NCBI GenBank assembly: GCA_013239625.1
Contig: MU056000.1
Coordinates: 10,551,175-10,613,174, forward strand
DNA: 62,000 nt
Direction of reading: 5' to 3'
Source: Lama guanicoe
Lineage: Eukaryota
In this document: one piece after another, positions 42,006-55,800 of the stretch
Layout: the number at the start of each line of letters is the position of its first letter
How positions within the stretch are numbered: the first letter of the stretch is position 1
The notes under the pieces: generated by a model
Told to the model about the DNA's origin: nothing
Database searches by the model: none
The model's input: the letters and a program-made list of their open reading frames with translations, nothing else
Position numbers and translations under genes: made by a program

Positions 42006-42195
42006 GGGGGTGGGTATAGCTCCATGGTAGAGCACATGCTTAGCATGCATGAGGTCCTGGGTTCAATTCCTAGTACCTCCATTAAAAATTAAAAAAAAAT
42101 ATGCTGTACATCAGAAATGGACACAACATTGTAAACTGACTATAACTCAATAAAAAATATATATATATATACATACATATATAAATAAATAAAAT
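42006..42195 (+). mobile_element. vic-1-like SINE head joined to a short L1 3' terminus and TA-rich tail
   Basis: tRNA-Ala-like head 42006-42081, A-rich linker, then an L1 terminus at 42101-42157 homologous to 40715-40770. Confidence 0.85.
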
Positions 42196-45059
42196 GAAAA
42201 AGGAAAGCAACTTCACCGATGCACACAAAATAAATGAAATGTCTAATTCTCAGGGGGCAAAGCCAGAGACCCACTCCACAAAGCGAAGTTTGATGGGTTG
42301 CTGGTGTGCTTTTTGTGATCACCTGAGATGACACCTCTTAGAAGGAATTCTGCTCATCGCACTTGAAAAACACCCTGATTTCTGACAGTTTTAAACACAA
42401 GGCTGAATTCTGGAAGCTGCATGCTGTCCAAAAGACAGCTGCGAGTCTCCAAAACCAAGAACTCTGGGCATAAGAAAAGAGGAATATTCTCTTGTTTAAC
42501 TCACCCTCCTGCTGCCGCTTATTTAAAGCCATTTGAGACCTACTTCCACCTTTTTTGTCTTTAGCACCTCAGTCATGATGCATTTACAAATAGGTATAAC
42601 AACTGTAACACAGTCTGACTACAGCATAAAGGTATTTAACCCAGCCTGCAGGGACAGTCGGCTTCTTGGAGTCCTGTGAACTTCACAGGACCATCCATGC
42701 TCCCTTTGGTAAGACTCCAAGCTCCGAATTTTCTCTCTGTGCTAGCTCTGAATTCCAGCTGAAAAGCCAGTGCCTGCCCATCCTCTGAGATCACGGGCAA
42801 GTCTTTCTCTCCCAGGAACCCCTGACTGACCAGTCTCAGCCACGTGACGGCTCCTGTCATGGGTATTACTGCTGTTATTTATTTATTCATGAAACGGGTT
42901 CGTTCATTCACATGTACTCAGTGAGTACGGAATATCAGCCTGGCACTGTGCTCTTTTCTGATCACTAAACACGATATGATGATCAAACAGAGTGTCAAGC
43001 TTCTTTGACCACCATGTCATGCACAGCGGTCAATAAAATCCCAGGGCCAGGCAAAGACGCTGCGCGCTCACGAAGTGTCTCTGAATATTTCTTTACATCC
43101 CCCACAAACCTGAGAATCAGGGGCGCATCTGACAGACTGTCCTGAGGATTAGGGCAGTTTTGTATGACAGGGAAGAGGACAGACTCAAGTTGCTGAAGAT
43201 GGAGAAAGCAGTGGGGGTGGGGAGACAACGTGGGGAAAGAGGATTGTCGCTGTGCATGGTCAGCCAGTGCCTACGGCTGTTCTCTTGCTCCCTGCACATC
43301 CCCTGCAGGACCAGTCCCTGCCTCACCTACACCCTACTCTCCTGACTGACCTTCCTACCTGCCTGCCCCAGGCCCCAGCTAGTGACTGTTCTTATCAAAG
43401 GGGTGGCGATGGGTGGGCCCCTCTGCTGGTTTCCCTGGTAACCAATGAGCCAACCTGACCTCAATGCCCCCTATAACTGCTAACCACCCTCTGCCCACGG
43501 GAGTGAAGATGCCCACTGTGTCCTGCCCACCGTCCACTGCACGTGGTGGGGTGTGGCTCCAGGACCTTGCTTCAGACATGGAAGCTCCCCCATCCATGAA
43601 GCCACTGATGTCTCTGTCACTGACTCCGAGCTCTTCCTTTGATCCTGAAGCTGGGTGAGTCCAGGCCTTGTAGGCCCGTGGGGTGCAGCCCACACAGGGC
43701 TGTAATCAGCGCTGAGATGTGAACACAGCAGCACAGCCCTACAAGCCAAGTCGTTCACAGGAGGATAATTCTAACCAATCAAAATGAAAGGAAAGGGAAT
43801 TTTAGAACAAAAGTGCATGAGCCCTAAGCAGCTGTGCAAAAAGAAAAGAAACGTATAAGAAAAAGGTATACTCTTTGGGTATAACTACATCTAAACTCAT
43901 TTGGCATTACCAACAACAGCATTTATATAAGAATTTAAGAATCATTCCATCCTCAGTCTTAGAATTGTTCTACCAAGTCTCACTCTTGAGCTTCCTGATG
44001 GCTTAAATGCATGTTTTTGAAACCAAATTTGATGTCCTCACTATCCATTTAGGTCCACTTCAATTACTCTAAACTCATATTGTGCTTCTGGAGTTGTGGT
44101 GACAAAAACCCTGTTTCTTTGCTAGAAATTTTTTTGAAATGTTCAGGATTTTGGCTTGATAACGTCTCCTTAACACTTAGAAACAAACCAAAGTAAACAT
44201 TTCTTCCTGTTTTACTGAGAGTAAAAGGCTATTTCCCAAGGCTATTTGTTAAATTTCTAAATGGCAAAGTGCAAATTTTTAAAAATTGTACTTTAAGGAT
44301 AAAACCAAGGATGTTTCTTGACTTTGAGTAGCAAATAGATTTCCTCATTGCCTAAAATAACTCTGACAGTATATTTAAATCTGTTTTAAAGAAGGCTTTA
44401 CGATGCCTTTCAGTTGCTGAATATAGAATGTGCTGTTTCTCCGCAAGTTAAAATGCATGAAGAATTTTCCCCTTGGTCTTCCTAAAAGACCATTTCTACA
44501 GAACGAAAGATCCTTCTCTATAATTACTTACTGCTATGTGAAGATGAAAGTATACTAAACGATAAAATATGACATAAACTATTACATCAGCTAATTTCTA
44601 ACCCTCTCAAACACGTATGAACCCAAGACTAGTCCGATACAACTGCACCAAATGCTTTCCTGGCTGATACAAAAACTGAAGAATTCAAAGAGAAAAACAC
44701 TGATCAGGGGAAAACAGGAAGTCCCAACTTTGAAAAACACTCAATCCACCTTCTTTGCAAACCACAAAAAGATCAGACAAACTAAAGATGTGTTGACATT
44801 GGCTGTAGCTCTTGAAAGGGGATAGAACCTAAAAATACAACCGAAATAACACTCAAATTTCCTTTTTGCTGGTTCTTTTCCTTTTCTTTCTTTTTGGAAA
44901 ATACATTTTAAAGTAGAAATCTAAAATTACGTTCATATTCATCCCTGCATAGATTAGCAGCATTGTGTGAAGCGCTGACTGTTTTCAAGTACTTTCGTAA
45001 GTGTGTTCAGCCGTCCGTGTTGGCCATCTTCTCATGAGTCCTCACACTTCACTCACTCC

Positions 45060-45390
45060 TTCTGAAAACCCAGCAAGGTAGGGAGTCTTGGCTCTCATGA
45101 AGGGTAGAGAGACTGAGAGTCATAGGGGAAAATAATTTACCTAAAGTCATAAAGCGATTAGTGGCAGAAGTGGGACTTTGGCCTCTAAATCCAGCAGAGT
45201 AAGCTGAGAAGCATGAGGACCATCAGTTTAGATCTGAGATTCCCCAGGTACTGCTGTGTTCTCTTGGGCGCATGACTTCACCTCCCCGAGACTCAGTATG
45301 CTTAGTGAAATAGGAATGCTCACCCAGTTTGGTCTCCTAGAGGACAGACTTTAGGATTAGCTGAGCTGACAATTATGAAAGTGTTTAGCA
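45060..45390. mobile_element. Two MIR fragments in opposite orientation
   Basis: aataatttacctaaagtcata...tagtggcagaagtgggact (minus) and ttgggcgcatgacttcacctccccgagactcagt (plus). Confidence 0.55.
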
Positions 45391-46231
45391 TCAAAGGAGG
45401 CAAATCACCAATCCTTTCTTCCTCCCCCAAATAAGAACCCTGGAGGTATGACGATGTGGACACCTGCCCTGACCTAAAGCAGAAGCCCCAGAACATCAGG
45501 GACCTCCAAGGCCCCTCAGGACCTCAGGATGCAATTCTGGTTCAGGGCAGATTAAAAATTAGTCTTGAAGACCTGTGACAGGTCTAAAATCTTCTGTAAT
45601 TTACATGCTTTTTAGAATAGCTGCAGCCTGTGGAGAGAGTTAGGCCCAAAATTATATCCTGACGCCCTGGGTCACATCCGCGTGGCCCTAAGTGTGGTCT
45701 CGTGGGGTTGGAGAAGGGACCCTATTTCTGGAGGAATGGATGATCTCTGTCCTCCAGAAGTGACTGTTGACTCAACCTGCCTGAAATTTAAGGCTCTCCT
45801 GTCAGCAGGGAGGTACCGGGCAGCGAGAAGGTAACCGTGCTAGTTGTTTTTAAAAATGCCAAGATATAGATTCAATGAAGTTCCCAAAGCGCCTTCTGTA
45901 TCACGTCTGAGCTACTAGCCGGCTCTTCCAGCTTTAATAACCTCTTCCTGCTGCTCACTTTTTTTTTTTTAAATAAACATGGTTCCCTTGCTTAAAAAAT
46001 GAATCGGAATTGGTTTGGAAGAAATTCAGCATGCAGTCAAAAGCAGTAGCTAAACAGAATCAAGCTGCCTTCTCACTATTCAATACGTATCATTAATCTG
46101 ACAGCATTAGAAGGAAATGTGCACAGTGTGTAATGCAGCACCGGTTTTACATGTTCAAAAGTAGCTTTCAGTGAGCGATCATTAAGTCAAACATCTACCC
46201 AAGCGTCTATCTCGGGACCCTCCCAACTCTT

Positions 46232-46955
46232 TTTTTTTTTAAACATTTTTTTATTGAATTATAGTCATTTTACAATGTTGTGTCAAATTCCAGTGTAGAG
46301 CACAATTTTTCAGTTATACATGAACATACATATATTCATTGTCACAATTTTTTTCACTGTGAGCTACCACAAGATCTTGTATATATTTCCCTGTGCTATA
46401 CAGTTTAATCTTGCTTATCTATTCTGCATTTTGAAATCCCAGTCTGTCCCTTCCCACCCTCTGCCCCCTTGGCAACCACATGTTTGTATTCTATGTCTGT
46501 GAGTCTGTTTCTATTTTGTATTTATGTTTATTATTATTATTATTATTATTTTAGATTCCATATATGAGCTATCTCATATGGTATTTTTCTTTCTCTTTCT
46601 GGCTTACTTCACTTAGAATGACATTCTCCAGGGACATCCATGTTGCTGCAAATGGTGTTATGTTGTCATTTTTGTGGCTGAATAGTATTCCATTGTATAG
46701 ATATACCACCTCTTCTTTATCCAGTCATCTGTTGATGGACATTTAGGCTGTTTCCATGTCTAGGTTATTGTAAACAGTGCTGCTATGAACATTGGGGTGC
46801 AGGTGTCATTTTGAAGTAGGGTTCCTTCTGGATATATGCCCAGGAGTGGGATTCTTGGGTCATATGGTAAGTCTATTCCTAGTCTTTTGAAGAATCTCCA
46901 TACTGTTTTCCACAGTGGCTGCACCAAACTGCATTCCCACCAGCAGTGTAGGAGA
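46232..46955 (-). mobile_element. Young 5'-truncated L1 with 17-bp TSD
   Basis: ORF 46760..47011(-) contains [20 protein letters not shown] (L1 ORF2). TSD ggaccctcccaactctt (46215-46231) / ggaccctcccaacactt (46956-46972). Confidence 0.95.
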
Positions 46956-49900
46956 GGACCCTCCCAACACTTGACTGCCACTCCTGTAAATCTCTGCCAT
47001 GCAGCTACCACGTGGACCAGGGCTGGCTGATAATCCTTTGATGAGGAAGGCTGGGTCAGTAGCTCTTACGTGCCCAGTGCCAAGAGCATATGTACAAAAG
47101 AGATTGAATATGAGGCCCATGCCTTCAAGGAGGCTACACTGAGAATGTGCAACCAGCAAAGAGTGATTAAAATGCTAAAGATTAGAACTGGCAATAGGAA
47201 AAACTGAGAGCTTGTGAGTGTAGAGTTTATGAAGCCTGATCTGGTAGGAAGGGGCACAATAGATGAGAAATGGGAAGGAATGAGCCAAAAAAACCACCTC
47301 TCCAAGGACCAGGTATTCAGTCCAGGATCCAGGGCACTGGTGCTGGGAAAAGATGGGGGCCAACATTTATTTTGATGCAAGAAGTGATATCTGCTTCTCA
47401 TCTTCCTTGAGCATCCCCATCCTGAGTCAGTCTCCCTGAGGGCAGGGCCAGGTTGTCAGTCAACACTGGTGAAAGGAAAGGACTATGCCAGGGTTTCTAG
47501 GTGAGTTGCAGCAGGGGTGTCACTGCCCGGAACCGGGTGTCCGAGAACACAAGCTGAAAACTCCACCTGGGACTATCATTCTCCAAGATAAAAAGAGAAG
47601 TACAGTACTTAGCTACAACAAAGCCTAAATAAAAAGTGGATGTTCTAACCAAGTTTAAAGAGGGTATAATCTTTAGAGAAGGATGTTTGACCAGAGCCAG
47701 CAGAGCCAGGCAGCCTTGACCCTGACATCTAAGGACCCTGAACTTGGAAAAATGCCTACAAGATGCTGTGAGTTGCTGCAGCCACACACAGATCCCACTC
47801 TGTGTGCAGTGACTGCCCACGGGACCCCATTTATCTCTGGACCCGGCCTGGCCACAGATCTCACCTCTGAGCGCCCCTCACCTCAGTGGCTTTGCTCAAC
47901 AGTTCACGGGCATTTCCCCCAACCCCCAAGGGGTGGTGTATGCACAGAGCTGGCAGCGTGGTGAGGACTGCAGGGATCAGGGCTGGTGAGAGCACCCGAC
48001 ATCCAGCAGCACTGTTCGCTGAAGGGACACAGTCTAAGTGGTCTGAGATGCTCAGGGCATGAAGGGACAGAACAAACGGGCCAATCTGATCCCAAGGGAG
48101 TTTGCCCTGGACGTTTGCAGGTGATGCCCAGTGGCCCAGCTAGCCAGGTGACCTCAGGAGAGCAGCAAACAAGGCCCCAGCTGGAGCAGTTTCCTGCCCC
48201 ATTTGCTCTCTGGCGTTTGGGGTGGGGGGTGTGGGACAGCAAGTTCTCTGCCTCTTCATTTGCCATCATTGCTTTTCTTTGTTGCTGACTGTTGAGCGAT
48301 GAATGGGGTGACCACCCACTGGGGGAAAAACGTGTTTCTCTAAGTGGAAGAAGTCATGCTAACCAAATGTGTCTGCAAAGCAAATGTGTTTGCTAAGCTA
48401 ACACGTAGCTGATGGCAAACTTCTGTTGGGATAAACGGAAATATCGCTGGGATCTGTTTACACGGGCGAGAACCAAATCCCACCGGCTGTAGACGGAGTC
48501 GAGCTTTATCTATTCTCTCAAGCAAAGGAGAACACGGTGTGTGCACTCTGTTTTGGGCACGAAGGCACGGTCGGGAAGCCTGCTGTGAACACCAGCTGTT
48601 CCAAGGCAACAGAACTCATTTCAAAGGACATGGATTTTCGCCACAGTGGAGGCCTGGGAAAAGCTGAATGACTCCAGCTGAAAGTGTATCGGGCAGTTTC
48701 CTGTGCACCCAGCCCTGACTCTGCAGCTATGGGAAGACAAGAGAGGAGGGAGGGGGGCTGCAGAGAGAAGCCCTGGGCGTGACCTGAAGGCAGCTGGCGC
48801 AGCACCGGAGCTTTGGGGATGCTCCAATTAAATGCTTTTCTCTCTCTCTCCTTTCTTCATTGTCACCCCAATTACTTAATAGTTCTTCCACAGAAAATCC
48901 TTTCTCTTGCTGTTAGACTGGTTTAAAGAGAAATCTTCCCCGGTTGACTAACTGCTGTAATTTGCAAATAAGCTGTGGTTAAAAGCTGACCCCCACAGAC
49001 AGATCACTTCTTAAGGCGCAGTTGGATTTTTTTTCCCATGGAGGCGATAGACATAATATGCAAATAGCAGAGCTTGCTACAAATCATACAGTAAGCTTGC
49101 TTCTTAACGGACATGGCCTTAAGATCGGTACACTGAGGTTTGGGATGGACCGATCTTCTTATCTTGGAGCAGGGTTGAGGTTGCATTTAGCACTATCTTG
49201 TCCTAAAACTTTGAAGAAATAGGTATGGTGCTTGCTTCAGCGTAACATGAGGCAGTGGACATAGACAATTCTTCCTGTGCTTTGGGAGGTCTGCCCTTGT
49301 GTTTTCCTTTGCTGTGCTGTACGTTTTCAGAGGTAATGGAACTAGAAAGCGGTGCACAGAAACGCTGCGCTACTCTCTGCTGCTTGGCGGAGGGACCTCA
49401 AATGCCTGGACCCAGGTGTGGTCCACAGCTGGTCACTCATCACACGCTGCTGCAAGCAGCGGCTCTTTCTGGAAGCTGGGTTTTTTACGTTCACGCACAG
49501 AAACATTTACCATTTTCTCTGCGGCGTACCAATGGCAACACAAAATTTGGTTGCTGCTCTGGAGCCCCTACCGCCAAACAACAAAATGCAGTCTGCAAGA
49601 AGAGGGTGGAAAAACCCGACTTCCAATGACAGAAAAGTCCGATCAGGACCTACTAAGCACCCTTGTTTGCCATTTGAACAGGCAGCATGTTCTGCATTTG
49701 GCGGGGAAAAGGATGCAGCTTTTCTTCTAAATTAGAGAATCCTCTGAACAACATGTGCTTCTGAAACTCACTGTGAGTGAAAATAAGTCCAAAATCATGT
49801 GAAACTGACTAACGAGATATGGAAAAATGAAGAAGGAAAATTCTGGATTCCTTAAGCAAACCCTCGCCCTTTTCAAATGAGAACTGTACAGGACATATTG

Positions 49901-52900
49901 CAAAGGCAGATTGTAGCACAGAATACATAAAAGCAAATATCTTGAGATGAGCTCAGAGACTGAAAGGCTGGTTAATTAGTCCTTTTGCAATGTAAAACCT
50001 TATTAAGTGTTCTGTTCCTTGGTATAGTTAAAATTATATTGGACACATTTTCTTTTCAGATTGTCAGATTACAGCTGAAAAAAAATTTTCCATGTGATAT
50101 TTTTACCAAGAAATTTATATCTGTGCCTTTTGAGTATCATTTGATGCATGTATCTTAGCTTTAACAGAATCACTGGACTAAAAGGTTTCTTTTTTTTTTA
50201 CCAGGTGGTTCATTTACCTCCTGTCTTTACACAGGACACATTAGATGCCTTCTTTAGCTCTGGAGTCTTTAAATTCTCTAGGTCCCTCCTGAAAACAAAT
50301 TCCATTGCTTCTGCTCTGTTCTTAATGCCTAGCATTCCTCTGAAATAGCCTTGGTTTGGAAACTGACAAGTGTGTACAGTGTTTCTGAAAGTGTGTTCCA
50401 GGAACACTGTTTCCTGGATGTTAATAAGTGCGATATATAAAAATAAAGCGAGAGGCAGGCGAACAACTTTAGGATTCAAAGTTAAACATCTCTCTCTTTC
50501 TTTTTTGAGAACTTCTCAAAGCCTTTATATGCCAATGTGTGTTTTAAATCTCCAAGGGGACAATGGTATTTAGGGTTTCCCAAATGTTTGCCCACTAAAT
50601 CCTGCTTTGGGGGCACATGTCACACTGCTGACTTTCCTAAAGAAGATACACTCTTGGGAGGTGGGCACACAGAGCTGAGGCAATGAGCACTGGGCACAGG
50701 AGAATAAAGACCCATTAGCAGTGCTCACGGATAGTTCTCACAGGGTGACACTGTTAGGAGCCGCAGGCTCACTGGGATCTAGTAACTGCCCCGGCATAGC
50801 TGGCTTTGGGATACTGGAGAAGTCACCGGTCACCTTGCATGATTCAGATGGCCGTGGAGTTTCTCTAACTGTGTGATTCTCAGTATCTGTGTGTGATAGC
50901 CTGAGGCAGCTGGAGATTCTCCAGGACTCTTCTGAAAGTTAATTTAGCCTTTCTTGCTTTAGGTATTAATTCTGAGGTCTCTAGTTTGCATAGAATTTCT
51001 CAGTTTCTTTTCTTAATTATCTTGTTGGTATCTGCAGACCAAATCTATAGACTTCATTGCTGTATTAGATAGTAACTCACACTGACTCACTGACATATGT
51101 TATCAAAGCTGCACGTATAGCAACTTCGTAGATGGTTCTATCCCAGTGCAAAAATATTCACCTTACCTTCCCACACGGAAAGTTAAGAGCACACTGTCAC
51201 TGGATAACACATGCTGCTGGCTGTTTACCCAGGTACACCGGGCTCTCTGCCTAACCAGACGTCAGTCAGCAGGTGGTTTTGACAATCTCACTCCAACAGC
51301 CTGTGTGTCTAGGCATTTTGATTAGTACCTGAGCTAGACGTTTTGAGAAGGTATGTATACATACATAAAGTTATTAGGTAGTTTCTGCTTTGTTCTCAAT
51401 CTAGGTGGGGAGATAAGGTACATTTATAAAACTTATACAAGTAGACATAGTTGTATGCGGCTTGGGGGCAATTTTGTAACCATAATTTTCAATTCTGCCA
51501 TTTCAGTACATTTGTGTCAAAACCACTAGGTACAAGTTGCCTAATTCAATAGTTGTTGAATAAAATAAAACCATTAATCAGTGAAAGAGAATTGCCCCCT
51601 CCCCCCCGTAGCACCTCTCTCTGCTTACTACCTGCCCTCCTCCCCCTAAAAAAAAACCAACAAAACTCTACACATCCCATCAAAAAAAAATTGGGAGGGG
51701 AGAAACAATCTATGTATGCCTATATCTTGAACACGGTTAAAACAAGGGACTCCAATGTTTTAAATGGAATGTTATCACAATTTTAATAATTGCCATCTAG
51801 TAACTATCTTGGAGTCCAACAGAACCCTCCCTTTATGGCAGCATCTGATGAGCACGTGGTATTTGACTATCACACACTGGGAACCCTTTTCTCAGGGAGC
51901 CAGGGGAGCGAGTGCTGGCTGTGCCGTGGCAGGAGGTCAACCTCCCGTGACGAGGGCAGGGACGACTCTGCAGAGTGCCAGGAGCAAGAAGGCGAGTTCC
52001 TGTGTGTGCTGTTCTTGGAGGCCCTTCTAATGGGAATGGGCCTTAGCTGCTCTTGCATCAGATGTGATCCATCTTCTGGACAGTTTTAACCGTCCTCTTG
52101 TGACCTCTTGTAAGTATGAAAAGGAATTGCAGACAAAAGTGAATCTCTGAACTGATACCTGATTAAGTAACAAAGAAGAAAGGGAGCTGGCCGGCAGCAC
52201 CTTTGCACTGAGGAATTCTTCACTTTAGGAAGCCCATGTTATGTTAGCTATAACATCACAATATAGGTTGCCATGTATTGAGAAAATATAGTTCTCCTTT
52301 AAAAATCTCATCTTATTTTTTAATTCCACGTGATGAAAGGTTTCTGGTGCCTCTTCTTTCCCAGCCCCGCCTCAGACCGCCTACCACAGAGTCACAGCCA
52401 CACCGATATCCTGTCTGTGCGACTGAGTCAACACTTGGCCTTCATGAAGAAGGATTGTAAAATTTCTTGGCTGTTTAGGTACCAATTTTCCTAACCTGAA
52501 CCAGTTGTGAGAAAGGTCAGCTTATTAAAATATTTTCAATTTTGGTATGTATGTCTTGACATGTGCTTTCACTAGGGTCATCCATTTAGGTTAGAAATCC
52601 CTAAAAATCAGGCACTGGGTCCCCCTACCATAAATCTACAAGCCAGCAAAGTAGCACGGGACATGGGAGTGTTTAAGTGCTTTGATGAGATGTGTGTCCA
52701 TCACAACAGAGAACCCTGATTCTCTTCTGCCACAGTTTTCTATTTCTCCTTGAAATCAGCTGTTCATGGGATGAAATGATGCCTTTCCATAGAGATGAAA
52801 GCCAGAAGTAGGACCTGCAGATGTTCAGTTCTTATCCTTCTGAGCTTCCCAAACTTTTCAGGCTAAGGCCAGGGACCACTTGGATGAGAGGACTCCAAAG

Positions 52901-54854
52901 AAAACTCTGGACCCACAGGAAGTGGAGTGGATGACTCAACAGGACGGCTCCTTCCTCTGAGTCAGCCTGGTTGGTCTCAGTGTGACCCTGGATTGGGCAC
53001 TGGGCTTCTGAAGCCAAAACAGAATTAAGATCTGAAACCAAGCTTTTGCTCACAAAGGAGCCTAAACAGGAAGTTAGGTTTTGGATGCCAGCTGAGTGGC
53101 AGCCAGACACTGACTGTTTTAGGTCTCCGGTGGCATCACTGCCCACTGTCCTGACTCTTCCTAGGGCTGTGTCCCACCAACAGCTCCTGAATCCCACCCA
53201 AGGGAGGGAAGATGGAAGATGCAATTCTGAATTTCGTGGGACAGTTGAAATAACACTTATGAAAGCATGCAAATTATTAACTTTTAAGATGTAAAGTAGA
53301 ATCATGATGGACATGTTTGTACCTGATAGCACTGATAAGGTTGTCCAGGATTAACTCTGATTGATTTTGAGTTTAAAGTACCCAAGTGACAAGACTTATG
53401 AAATTAACCATGAATTCAGTGCCTGGCTGTTTATCCCAGGATTTTCAGGTTTCAGGAATCTCTTGCAATGCTAAGAAACTAGAGACAAGCACATGCTTAA
53501 CTTCCACTTTCTGTGCCCTCTGAAGCCATTCCACATCCTTTGCTCCATGACTTATTATTCCATGGTGGACTTCTCGTTCCTAAATTAAAAAGTCAGCCAA
53601 AGAACAAAAGATTTGGTATGAGATCAAACCTTGCAAATCACTGTCAAGTTCATTTTTTTTAACTTCTTTTACACCTAGACCCCTGGATGGTAGAGTGTAT
53701 TCATAAAATTCCAGAATCAATGCTCTCATGTCCATGGTGGCAAAATGTCATTTGACAGAGAATAATGACTACAACGGGGGCATTGTGGGGTGAAGAAGGT
53801 AGGTGGGAAATAAATGGACTATTAAAAACAGATTAATCATGTTCCCACAAGTACAGCTCATGATCCCTCCGGCACCAGCCCACACAGCCTCCTACATTAG
53901 GGAACCTCTTTGCCCAGAGCGGTATGCAGCATTCCGAACACTTTGACTGTAATGAAATAGTTACTTGGCTTGCAAGAGACTCAGCTGTGCCAATGAAATA
54001 AACTCAGCCACTTTGCGACCTTCCTCACACAGAAGAAAAGGACAGGGCGGACCAAGATCTCCAGCTCAGAGACATGGCAGGCGAAAGAGGAGAAACCCGG
54101 AGTCTGGGCGCCCGGACTCTTTCTTCTCTGATGACTCCACTGGTCACCCAGACCAGACAATTATTCTTTTCCAGATGAAGAGGCCCCCATGCACAATGGC
54201 ACCAAGTCAGTGGCAGGCAGGATTGCTGGTTTCAGCTCATAAAAATCCCAGTATACTGTAGAGCCCTTTGAACTGCCTTGTGGGGGTGCGCTTTTGGAAC
54301 TCACAAGCTTAACAGAATTCTGATGATGTTACACATTGTCCACTAATGCAAGTCAACAATTAACCTTGTGTGATAAGACAAGAATAAAACGAATATTGAA
54401 ATGTCTATTTTCGACCCACTGAATTTTTAGTTTACTAACATTTGAACACCTGTTTCAGAGGAAACCCCTTTTGTCTGTTAAGTTCCTATTTTCTTGACCA
54501 ATACGAATCCTTTTCCAAGTTAAACAATCAAATCAGCCTCGGCAACAAGGTCCTAGAGTGGGAATATCTCATCCACTTTTTCATAAAGAGTCATGCTTGA
54601 TATTGTCCATCTTATTCAATTTCTTCCACTTTTAATTCTTCAAAGTCTGAAGACCAACAGGAAATAGACATGGCACCATTGTGGCTCGTTAGAACGTAGA
54701 AAACAACACATTTTTCTACTTCAATTCATGGTAGCATCATGGCCTTTTCTTCCTTCTCTCTCAATATATTTCCTTTTATAAAATTCTTGATTGGATACTT
54801 TTAATCATTTGACCCTAAAGGGTAGATTTTTTTTCTGTTAAGAATATTTACTTA

Positions 54855-55019
54855 TTTATTTTTAGAAGCATTTTTTTTAAACATTTGATTTGTTTTGGCG
54901 GGGGGGTGGGGTGGTGATTTATTTATTTATTTACTTATTTTAATGGAGGTACTGAGGATTGAACCCAGGACCTTGTGCCTGCTAAGCACATGCTCTACAC
55001 ACTGAACTATACCCTCCCC
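54855..55019 (-). mobile_element. tRNA-Ala-derived SINE (vic-1-like)
   Basis: tRNA-like head on the minus strand. TSD aagaatatttactta (54840-54854) / aagagtatttattta (55020-55034). Confidence 0.9.
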
Positions 55020-55353
55020 AAGAGTATTTATTTAAAAAAATAAACCAAATACGGCACCAACAAGTTGAAAACTACCAAGGGAAAACAGATTTTTCTTTAA
55101 GGATGAATGTTTCCTCAGATTAAAATCAAAACCAAAAAGTCATTTTCTACTAAAATCTCAGTAAACCGAGTAGCCAACTTTTTGGTAAATGTTTCTGATT
55201 TGGCCCTTGTTCTCAAAATAACCCCCTCCCTCTACCCACGTTAATATACTGGCCACCTCCTTCCCCCAGAGCCCCCTTGCCGGTTGCATAAATCTCTAAT
55301 GATGCTTCTTGGTCTGGAAACAAATTGTCCAGGGGCATCTCAGGTCCTCCTCA

Positions 55354-55409
55354 CAGACAGACAGACAGACAGACAGACACACACACACACACTCTCAATA
55401 TATATATAT
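55354..55409. repeat. Compound microsatellite (CAGA)n(CA)n...(TA)n
   Basis: Read directly from the sequence. Confidence 0.9.
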
Positions 55410-55456
55410 GTTTTCCAGTTTTAAAACATCAAACAAGCAATTCTGGGTCCTGTAGC

Positions 55457-55800
55457 TGACAAGACTCTCTCATTGACCCAACAACAGTCAGTCTCCTCTG
55501 AGCCATCATCTCCATGAGGCCTCATTGACCTGGGGTCCTGTTTGCAGTCTGCCTAGTCTATTTGTAGCAAGAATCGTGCTCCGTCAGGTTAGCAGGAATC
55601 CCCACCCTTGGTGTCTCCTGTTAGTAATTTTCCATCCCCGAGCCCCTCCCTCTGCTCGTTGGCTACAAATCCCCACTTGTCCTGCTATATTCAGGGTTGC
55701 GTTGGTCTCTCTCCCCTAATACGATAGCGTTATTGCAATAGTCCTGAATAAAGTCTTCCTTACCATTTTGACAAATATCAGACTAATTTCTTCTTTAACA
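55457..55800 (+). mobile_element. MER31-like ERV1 solo LTR
   Basis: Starts tgacaagactctctcattgacc...ctcctctgagcc, contains ttggctacaaatccccacttgtcc and aataaagtcttccttacc, ends ttctttaaca. Confidence 0.8.

Noticed and set aside
42006..42081. Apparent tRNA-Ala(AGC) gene (also heads near 41434, 1960, 17642 and 55019)
   Set aside because: Extra 5' bases, stem mismatches, A-rich tails, TSDs and multiple diverged copies identify these as SINE heads, not tRNA genes.
52832..53332. Longest ORFs in intron 1 (166 aa here; 161 aa at 59013-59498)
   Set aside because: Non-ATG starts, no recognisable homology, and lengths compatible with chance in 62 kb.
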